Shown piece after piece: positions 1-7,080 of a DNA stretch of 32,000 bases. Both the position numbers and the translations under genes were made by a program. This stretch comes from Nitrosococcus oceani ATCC 19707 (GTDB lineage: Bacteria > Pseudomonadota > Gammaproteobacteria > Nitrosococcales > Nitrosococcaceae). Under the pieces are notes generated by a model that was given only the letters and a program-made list of their open reading frames with translations, ran no database searches and had not been told where the DNA came from. Numbering within the stretch: the stretch's first letter is position 1; every line of letters starts with the position of its first letter. The stretch is from NCBI RefSeq assembly GCF_000012805.1, contig NC_007484.1, positions 2,790,001 to 2,822,000 of the forward strand, in the 5' to 3' direction.

Positions 1-107
1 ATCAAGCAGAGGCGTTGAAGCTGATAGAGTGGGATTTTCGGCATATCCGCCCGACGGAAAAAGGCTTCTCTTTGCTCAACGAGCTATTACAACTGTTTCT
101 ACCATAA
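1..107 (+). CDS. 3' end of a HemW/YggW-like radical-SAM protein (partial; 5' end lies outside the window)
   Basis: Frame +3 is open from the window edge to TAA at 105-107. The 34-aa tail QAEALKLIEWDFRHIRPTEKGFSLLNELLQLFLP resembles the C-terminal HemN_C end of HemW-type proteins. The fragment is short, so the call is weak. Confidence 0.4.
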   Translation, partial: QAEALKLIEWDFRHIRPTEKGFSLLNELLQLFLP

Positions 108-114
108 GATACGC

Positions 115-741
115 TTAGTCGTCTCCATTCTGCAAAAAACGAGTTAGATGGATCAGCTCCACCAGATTTCTGGCCGCCAGTTTCTCCATCACCCGGGAGC
201 GATGGATCTCAACGGTTTTAGTACTGATTCCCAGCTCCATGGCCACCACTTTATTCGCTTTCCCCATCACGATAAGATCCATTACCTGGCGCTCGCGAGC
301 GGTCAACTGGGTCATCCGATGAGCAATCTTCTCTCGCTGTTGCCTCCTTTCACGCTTCCTTCTATCCATATCAAGGCTGCTTTGAATTCGCTCTATCAGG
401 ATCTGATTATCGAAAGGTTTCACAAGAAAATCGACCGCCCCATCATGCAATGCACTCACCGCATCCGGTACACTCCCATGGGCGGAAATAAAAATAATGG
501 GCAATAGGTTATTTTTTTTAGAAAGTAATTTCTGCAGCTGTAATCCGCTTATTTCAGGCATCCTGACATCAAGCACCAGGCAACCTGGCTGGCTGGGCTC
601 CCATTTCTCCAAAAACTCCCCTGCCGAAGCATAAACTTTGACCTTAAACCCTGCTGATTCGATAACCCAGCGCAGAGAATCTCGCACCCCCTCATCATCA
701 TCATCAACAAATACAGTTGCTTGAGGAACTCCTTTCTCCAT
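115..741 (-). CDS. FixJ/NarL(LuxR)-family two-component response regulator (REC + LuxR-type HTH)
   Basis: 208-aa ORF. The receiver has the acidic pocket VFVDDDDE, the phospho-acceptor context LVLDVRMP, and FISAHG and VKPF. The C-terminal part LTARERQVMDLIVMGKANKVVAMELGISTKTVEIHRSRVMEKL is a typical LuxR/FixJ HTH. Confidence 0.9.
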   Translation of the reverse strand: MEKGVPQATVFVDDDDEGVRDSLRWVIESAGFKVKVYASAGEFLEKWEPSQPGCLVLDVRMPEISGLQLQKLLSKKNNLLPIIFISAHGSVPDAVSALHDGAVDFLVKPFDNQILIERIQSSLDMDRRKRERRQQREKIAHRMTQLTARERQVMDLIVMGKANKVVAMELGISTKTVEIHRSRVMEKLAARNLVELIHLTRFLQNGDD

Positions 742-882
742 AATATTTTAACTGCCTAGTGGATGGCTAACGATCCCAAATGGGCAGGTAGGCAATCCAA
801 TGGTTAGCTCAGACCCCGCGCTTTCTTATTTTTATTTTAATTCTCTGTACTGCATTCAGCTTTTTTACTAGCTAAGCGTAGC

Positions 883-922
883 GCCAACCAGGTGATAATT
901 AGCAGCTTATCGCCTGGTTGGC
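883..922. repeat. Imperfect inverted repeat (16-bp arms, one T/G mismatch, 8-nt spacer) in the divergent intergenic region
   Basis: GCCAACCAGGTGATAA (883-898), spacer ttagcagc, then TTATCGCCTGGTTGGC (907-922). Fifteen of 16 positions are complementary. There is no flanking T-tract in the orientation needed for a terminator. It lies about 140-155 nt from both divergent start codons. Confidence 0.6.
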
Positions 923-1076
923 AACAGGATTCACCAAAACCGACGATAAGCTAAATATTATTCTCTGAATATAGGAGGACAATATTCGGGCAAAAAGATA
1001 CACTTAGTCAAGGCTATCGCCCATCAATGGGCACTAGCTAAAAGAACTAGGATAAAAAAAATAGTGCCTGGATCGA

Positions 1077-2552
1077 ATGCCTGAAACTGCCACTACCCCC
1101 CTTGCCCATCGCCGCCAATACCTTGGATTTATCCTTGGTCCCTTAGTGATGATTTCTCTCCTAACGCTATCGCCCCCCACCGGCCTGGATATTGCCGCTT
1201 GGCAAACCGCCGCCATTACTTTGCTAATGGCTATCTGGTGGATTACAGAAGCCTTACCCATTCCCGTTACCGCCCTCCTGCCTCTGGTTCTTTTTCCTCT
1301 GCTCGGCATTGCCGATATCCAAGAAACGGCAATTCCTTATGCCAATCCACTTATCTTTTTGTTTATGGGAGGTTTCATCATTGCATTAGCAATAGAGCGC
1401 TGCGGCCTGCATCGGCGTCTTGCTTATTGTATTCTCAGCTGTATGGGGATCTCACCTGCAGCTACCCTGGGCGGCTTCATGGTTGTCAGCGCTTTTCTCA
1501 GTCTCTGGATTAGCAATACCGCCACCACCATGCTCATGCTGCCCATCGCCTGCTCCGTGATCGAAGGACTTCGAGGCACGAAAGCGGCTGCCCCCCTATC
1601 TTCTCCCTTTGCAGTAGCCCTGCTGCTAGGCATTGCCTACAGCGCCAGCATAGGAGGCTTGGGAACGCTGGTAGGGACGGTGCCGAACGCGTTACTAGCA
1701 GGCTTTGTCTTGGAAACCTACGGCTTTGAATTAGGGTTTGCAGAATGGATGCTGCTCGCCGCACCTTTTTTGTTGGTTCTCCTCGTCTTTGCCTGGTTCA
1801 TGCTTACCCAAGTCGTATTTTCTGGTTTTCACAGGGAACATGGCGACCAGCGGGTCCCGATGCGCCAAGCTCTAAGGCAGCTTGGTCCTGTATCTCGGGC
1901 TGAACGAAGAGTCACCATGGTTTTTGCCTTAGTCGCTATACTTTGGTTGCTACGCCCCCTAATAGCAACCCTCGCACCTAACGTGGCTCTTAATGATCCA
2001 GGGATCGCTCTCTTTGGCGCCATGCTCCTGTTCCTTATTCCCCTCGATTGGCGGCGGGGGCGTTTTCTCATGGATTGGAAGACTGCGGAGCAATTGCCCT
2101 GGGGTACCTTATTACTATTTGGAGGAGGACTCAGTCTAGCTGCCAGTATCAACAATACGGGCCTTGCCAGCTGGCTTGGCGGAAACCTTACCCTACTCTC
2201 CGGCCTGCCCGCTTGGCTAATATTGCTGGGTATCGTAGCAGTCGTGATATTCCTTACTGAACTGACCAGTAATACGGCCACGACCTCCATATTTCTCCCT
2301 ATCCTTGGCTCCGTCGCCTTAAGCTTAGGCCAGCCACCATTGCAACTCTTGATCCCTGTTACCCTAGCGGTCAGTTGCGCCTTTATGATGCCGGTAGCCA
2401 CGCCCCCCAATGCCATTGTCTTTGGCACCGGCCTGGTGAGTATTCCCCAGATGGCACGGGCAGGATTTTACCTTAACTTAGCGAGTATGATAATCATCAC
2501 CGGGGTTAGTTATTGGTGGGTACCCGTTCTCTTTACCTCCCCTTTACCCTAG
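1077..2552 (+). CDS. DASS/SLC13-family anion:sodium symporter (di/tricarboxylate or sulfate type)
   Basis: 491-aa polytopic membrane ORF. It carries the DASS-type signature WWITEALPIPVTALLPLVLFPLLGI and the repeated SNTATT motif (ISNTATTMLMLP and LTSNTATTSIFLP). There is a C-terminal PPNAIVFG segment. Confidence 0.85.
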   Translation: MPETATTPLAHRRQYLGFILGPLVMISLLTLSPPTGLDIAAWQTAAITLLMAIWWITEALPIPVTALLPLVLFPLLGIADIQETAIPYANPLIFLFMGGFIIALAIERCGLHRRLAYCILSCMGISPAATLGGFMVVSAFLSLWISNTATTMLMLPIACSVIEGLRGTKAAAPLSSPFAVALLLGIAYSASIGGLGTLVGTVPNALLAGFVLETYGFELGFAEWMLLAAPFLLVLLVFAWFMLTQVVFSGFHREHGDQRVPMRQALRQLGPVSRAERRVTMVFALVAILWLLRPLIATLAPNVALNDPGIALFGAMLLFLIPLDWRRGRFLMDWKTAEQLPWGTLLLFGGGLSLAASINNTGLASWLGGNLTLLSGLPAWLILLGIVAVVIFLTELTSNTATTSIFLPILGSVALSLGQPPLQLLIPVTLAVSCAFMMPVATPPNAIVFGTGLVSIPQMARAGFYLNLASMIIITGVSYWWVPVLFTSPLP

Positions 2553-2555
2553 GCC

Positions 2556-3629
2556 ATGGCAGCAGACGGCAAACAACCTCCTCCATTAGCAGAGAAAAGA
2601 TATACCTTACCTCCAGAGTGGGCGTCCCAAAGTGGAGTCATGCTTGCCTGGCCTACCGCGGAAAGCGATTGGGGACCTTGGCTTAAGGAAATCGAAACGG
2701 TGTACCTAAACATTGCCCGAGAAATTGCCCACCGGGAAAAATTGCTCGTTGTTTGCCACTGCCCGAATCACTTAGCTCAGGTAAAAAATCAGTTAGCACA
2801 GCAAAATATAAATCCGGCTTCCCTATCGCTGCATGTGGTCCCATTCAATGATACCTGGGTCCGAGACTATGGCCCTCTGGGTTGCCTGGGTTTGGAAGGG
2901 CAACTCCAACTGCTCGATTTTGTATTTAATGGCTGGGGCGGTAAATATGAGGCTAACCTGGATAATGAGGTGACTGCGCGGCTACATGGGCAAGGTGTTT
3001 TTGGTGCTGTTCCCTTAAAACGCTCGCAACTCACTCTCGAGGGAGGAAGCATCGAAGTTGATGGCGCAGGCAGCCTTCTTACCACTACGCGTTGTTTATT
3101 ATCTGGGACCCGCAACCGCGGCCTTGGCCAAGCAGCCATAGAAACACAACTCAAGCAGTGGTTAGGGGTTGAGCGAATACTATGGCTGCGCCATGGCCAA
3201 CTCAGCGGGGATGATACTGATGGTCATATTGATACCCTGGCCCGTTTTTGCAACCCCCAGACAATATGCTATGTAGCCTGTGATGATCCAAAGGATGAGC
3301 AGTACCTGGAACTGCAAACCATGGCGGAAGAGCTACGGCTTCTGCAAACCCTTGGAGGCATCCCCTACCGTTTAGTGCCTTTGCCCTGGCCGGCTCCTAA
3401 AGTTAGTGCCAACGGAGAGCGGCTACCGGCAAGCTACGCCAATTTTCTTATTATTAATGGAGCGGTATTGGCGCCGACCTATCGAGATTCCGCCGATACC
3501 CAAGCCCTCTCCATTCTCCAAACCTGTTTCCCGGATCGGCAAGTGGTTGGTATTGACTGTCTCCCGCTCATTCAGCAATATGGCAGCCTCCATTGCATTA
3601 CCATGCAACTACCCGCAGGTATCCTATAA
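2556..3629 (+). CDS. aguA: Agmatine deiminase
   Basis: 357 aa. Motifs are TWVRDYGP, LEGGSIEVDGAGSLLTT, DDTDGHIDTLARF and the C-terminal catalytic-Cys context YGSLHCITMQ. The ATG lies 3 nt after the transporter stop. Confidence 0.9.
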   Translation: MAADGKQPPPLAEKRYTLPPEWASQSGVMLAWPTAESDWGPWLKEIETVYLNIAREIAHREKLLVVCHCPNHLAQVKNQLAQQNINPASLSLHVVPFNDTWVRDYGPLGCLGLEGQLQLLDFVFNGWGGKYEANLDNEVTARLHGQGVFGAVPLKRSQLTLEGGSIEVDGAGSLLTTTRCLLSGTRNRGLGQAAIETQLKQWLGVERILWLRHGQLSGDDTDGHIDTLARFCNPQTICYVACDDPKDEQYLELQTMAEELRLLQTLGGIPYRLVPLPWPAPKVSANGERLPASYANFLIINGAVLAPTYRDSADTQALSILQTCFPDRQVVGIDCLPLIQQYGSLHCITMQLPAGIL

Positions 3630-3676
3630 CTCGGACACCCTATTGAACTCGGGATTTTTATATCGCTATCGGATAT

Positions 3677-4558
3677 ATGCCATTGAAAGTCGCCATCGTT
3701 CAACAAGTCTGTAGCCAGCAGCGTCAAGCAAATATCGGCCATAGCATCCGAGGGATTCGAGAGGCGGCGGCACAAGGCGCAAAGCTGATTCTATTGCCAG
3801 AACTCCATACCGGACCTTACTTTTGCCAGACCGAGAATACCCGGTATTTTGATCTGGCAGAGCCTATCCCTGGCCCTTCAACGGAAGTTTTTGGCGCTCT
3901 GGCTGCAGAGCTTGGGGTGGTCCTTGTCATTTCCCTATTCGAGCGCCGGGCACCGGGCATTTACCATAACACAGCGGTGGTTTTGGAGGCCGATGGCCGC
4001 ATGGCGGGGCGTTATCGCAAGATGCACATTCCTGATGACCCCGGCTTTTATGAAAAATTTTATTTTACCCCTGGCGATCTAGGATTTACCCCCATTGACA
4101 CTTCCGTTGGACGCCTTGGAGTCTTGGTTTGCTGGGATCAATGGTATCCCGAGGCGGCCCGGCTAATGGCCTTAGCTGGGGCGGAATTACTGCTTTACCC
4201 CAGTGCTATTGGCTGGGACTCGCACGATGATGAAGCAGAAAAATCCCGCCAGCAGGAAGCCTGGATCACGATACAACGGGGCCATGCCATTGCTAATAGC
4301 TTGCCTCTTCTCGCCAGCAACCGAATTGGCCTGGAGCCTGACCCCAGCCAACAGACGCCAGGCATCCAGTTTTGGGGCAGCAGTTTTATCGCCGGACCTC
4401 AAGGCGAGTTGCTCGCCGTGGGACCAAGGGATGAGGCGGTAGTATTAGTGGCAGAAATCGACTTCCAACGCACCGAAACCCTGCGCCGAATTTGGCCCTA
4501 CCTGCGGGATCGCCGGATTGACGCCTATGAACCCCTTACCAAACGTTATCTTGAGTAA
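3677..4558 (+). CDS. aguB: N-carbamoylputrescine amidase (nitrilase-superfamily C-N hydrolase)
   Basis: 293 aa. The Glu-Lys-Cys triad contexts are LLPELH, YRKMHIPDDPGFYEKFYFTPGD and VLVCWDQWYPEAAR, which are characteristic of this family. It lies directly downstream of aguA. Confidence 0.9.
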   Translation: MPLKVAIVQQVCSQQRQANIGHSIRGIREAAAQGAKLILLPELHTGPYFCQTENTRYFDLAEPIPGPSTEVFGALAAELGVVLVISLFERRAPGIYHNTAVVLEADGRMAGRYRKMHIPDDPGFYEKFYFTPGDLGFTPIDTSVGRLGVLVCWDQWYPEAARLMALAGAELLLYPSAIGWDSHDDEAEKSRQQEAWITIQRGHAIANSLPLLASNRIGLEPDPSQQTPGIQFWGSSFIAGPQGELLAVGPRDEAVVLVAEIDFQRTETLRRIWPYLRDRRIDAYEPLTKRYLE

Positions 4559-5123
4559 CTGCACTCCGCCACTCGGACGGCGCTTCCCACTTCCTAGGCA
4601 ACCACCGGCGACCTACCGGATTTACGTAAGCCTCCATGAGCACAGATAGCCCTTCCGCCTTCAACTTCAAAATTCCTTGGTGCTGAATGTTCAGCGCCGC
4701 GCCAATGTCCATCAGTGGTGTTGGTCAACAACTTGAAGTCCACATCGTCCCGGCGCGTCCGTTTCCTGAATACCCACCTCCCCCGCTTGAGTAAAAGTGC
4801 GGCGCTGTGGTCGCGGTCATACTTTACTTGCAGCGCAGGGGGGCGCCGCCCTTGAAACGCTCAAGGCATTACGTGAATGGGCAGACAACACCGGACTAGA
4901 ACGGCTGCGCAGTTCCCCCTTGTATCTCCGCCCGCACATTGAACGGAGGGAAATTACGCGGATTTTTGCTAGGAAATTAGAGATCCCACAACCTAGCCTC
5001 AATAACGCTTTTCCCTTTCATAATCGATACTAGACTGCTTTGCTCAATAAATCACGCTATTATAATAGTCATAAGCGTGGTACATTTCGCAAACAGCCTT
5101 ATAAGCCATTATCTCACCGAACT

Positions 5124-6623
5124 ATGTTAAGCCGGTTATTGAGAGTAGAAAGCTTTAAACACCTATTGGAATCTGCCTCTAACGCTTTACTGATTTCGGA
5201 TCACAAAGGCCAGATCGTTTTTTCCAATACTGCGCTGGAGAAATGCTTTGGCTATACTGGCAAAGAGCTGCTCGGGCTTACTATTGAGGATCTTATCCCC
5301 AAGCGTTTTCGACTACAGCATAAAACATATCACGCTGATTATATTGCCTCTTCCCACCTTCACGGCACCCATCAAGGGTTAAGCGATACCTTAAAGCCCC
5401 TGGGGCTACATAAAAATGGCACTGAATTTCCACTAGAGGTTAGCCTCATTCCCTTGGAAACCTCAACGGGCCTCTATGTACTTTCTATCATTCAGGATAT
5501 CACCCCGCAGAGATCGGCTGAAGAAGCCCCGTCCCAATACCAAGCGCTGGCCTGGGAAAGCAAGGCCCGCTTACAAGCTATCTTGAATACAGCTACCGAT
5601 GGCATCATCGTCATTGATGAAAACGGCATCATTGAAACATTCAACCCAGGGGCAGAGCGGCTATTCGGATACAAGGCGGCGGAAGCGATTGGTCAAAATA
5701 TCCTTATTCTCATGCCCTCCCCCCATCGGGAACAGGGTACCGGATACATCGAGAGATACCTCCAAACGGGCCAAGGAGAATTTATAGGCGCCAGCCGCGA
5801 AACTACTGGAATGCGAAAAAATGGCTCCACTTTTCCCATTGACATCTCTATTTCCGAGATGCGCTTGGGAGAGCGCCGCTTGTTTACGGGGATAGTCCGC
5901 GACATTACCGAACGCCACCACTTCAAGGAATTAGAGGAGAAAAACGCCGAACTGGAACGCTTTATTTACACGGTCTCCCATGATCTTCGTAGTCCTTTAA
6001 TCACTATTCAAGGCTTTTCAGGGATGCTGAAGCAAAGTTTTACCCAGCATAACCAAGAACAAATACTAGAAGACATTGGGCGTATTCAAGCAGCAGCGGG
6101 TAAAATGCAACTATTACTTGATGACTTGTTGGAACTCTCCCGTATTGGACGTTTGCTTAATAGGCCCGAAAAATTTTCCCTCAGCGATCTCGTCCATGAA
6201 GCTATTGAACTAGTCCAAGGCGCTATTACCAAGGGGGGCGTTCAAATCAAGGTTGCCCCAACTTTGCCTCATCTGTTTGGCGATCGCAGGCGGCTCCTGG
6301 AAGTTATGCAGAATCTCATTGAAAATGCCGTCAAGTTCATGGGCGATCAGAAAGCCCCGCGGATTGAAATCAATGCCTACGAAGAAGAAGGGAAATTGCT
6401 ATGCTATGTGCGAGACAATGGCATGGGGATCAACCCCCGCTACCATGATAAAATTTTTAATTTATTTGACAGCCTTCATCAAAGTGTAGAAGGTACGGGA
6501 ATTGGACTAGCCATTGTCAAGCGTATTATTGAAGTCCATAAAGGCCATGTCTGGGTTCAATCAGCAGGCGTGGTTGGCCAGGGAAGCACATTTTATTTTT
6601 CTCTTCCAAGAGCTCCCGATTAA
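5124..6623 (+). CDS. Cytoplasmic tandem-PAS sensor histidine kinase (PAS-PAS-HisKA-HATPase)
   Basis: The ORF is open from TTG 5040. I prefer ATG 5124 (MLSRLL...) because a TATAAT at 5061-5066 with TTGCTC 15 nt upstream sits inside the extension. There are two FixL-like PAS domains, an H-box VSHDLRSPL, an N-box NLIENAVKF and G-boxes DNGMGI and GTGIGLAIVKRI. No TM segments are seen. Confidence 0.85.
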   Translation: MLSRLLRVESFKHLLESASNALLISDHKGQIVFSNTALEKCFGYTGKELLGLTIEDLIPKRFRLQHKTYHADYIASSHLHGTHQGLSDTLKPLGLHKNGTEFPLEVSLIPLETSTGLYVLSIIQDITPQRSAEEAPSQYQALAWESKARLQAILNTATDGIIVIDENGIIETFNPGAERLFGYKAAEAIGQNILILMPSPHREQGTGYIERYLQTGQGEFIGASRETTGMRKNGSTFPIDISISEMRLGERRLFTGIVRDITERHHFKELEEKNAELERFIYTVSHDLRSPLITIQGFSGMLKQSFTQHNQEQILEDIGRIQAAAGKMQLLLDDLLELSRIGRLLNRPEKFSLSDLVHEAIELVQGAITKGGVQIKVAPTLPHLFGDRRRLLEVMQNLIENAVKFMGDQKAPRIEINAYEEEGKLLCYVRDNGMGINPRYHDKIFNLFDSLHQSVEGTGIGLAIVKRIIEVHKGHVWVQSAGVVGQGSTFYFSLPRAPD

Positions 6624-6625
6624 AT

Positions 6626-7072
6626 ATGAAAGGAGAAATTTTAAATATCCTGCTGGTGGAAGATAATCCGGATCATGCAGAGCTTGTAATGCGCAGCTTC
6701 CAAGCGCATCGCGTCGCAAATTGTATCCATCACGTCATCCATGGAGAAGAAGCCCTCCAATACCTGTTTCGGCAAGACATCTATAGCGATCCAAGAACAA
6801 GCCCCCGCCCCCATGTTATCCTGCTAGACCTGCGCCTGCCCCGCATCGATGGTCTAGAAATACTAGAAATTATCCGCTCTTCTCCCGAGATTAAAAATAT
6901 TCCCGTTGTGGTACTGACCACTTCTAAGGCGGAACAGGATGTGGCCAAGGCTTATAGCAAACATATTAATAGTTATCTAGTCAAGCCTGTTGATTTTGAA
7001 GGCTTCAATCGGATGATGGAAGATTTGGGATTCTATTGGTTAGCTTGGAATCATTATCCCTGGTCTGAATAG
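6626..7072 (+). CDS. Stand-alone receiver-domain response regulator (CheY/Rcp1-like, no output domain)
   Basis: 148 aa. Motifs are ILLVEDNPDHAE, ILLDLRLPRIDG, VVVLTTS and NSYLVKPVDF. It starts 3 nt after the upstream kinase stop. Confidence 0.9.
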   Translation: MKGEILNILLVEDNPDHAELVMRSFQAHRVANCIHHVIHGEEALQYLFRQDIYSDPRTSPRPHVILLDLRLPRIDGLEILEIIRSSPEIKNIPVVVLTTSKAEQDVAKAYSKHINSYLVKPVDFEGFNRMMEDLGFYWLAWNHYPWSE

Positions 7073-7080
7073 TACGCGAC

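Noticed and set aside
1829-2428. 199-aa minus-strand ORF antisense to the DASS transporter (also 1034-1309, 1199-1513 and 1534-1764)
   Set aside because: It lies entirely inside a well-supported membrane-protein gene. It is Arg/Pro/Ser-rich, the usual artefact of reading the opposite strand of a hydrophobic, GC-biased CDS.
4679-4698. GGTGCTGAA-TG-TTCAGCGCC inverted repeat in the unexplained spacer
   Set aside because: The arms are 9 bp with one mismatch and a 2-nt centre. Tens of such repeats are expected by chance in the window, and the loop is too small for an RNA hairpin.
4797-5033. 78-codon plus-strand ORF in the aguB/kinase spacer
   Set aside because: It has a GTG start with no SD, an Arg/Leu-rich composition typical of GC-rich non-coding frames, and no family resemblance I can recognise. 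I kept it only as part of the finding on the unexplained spacer.
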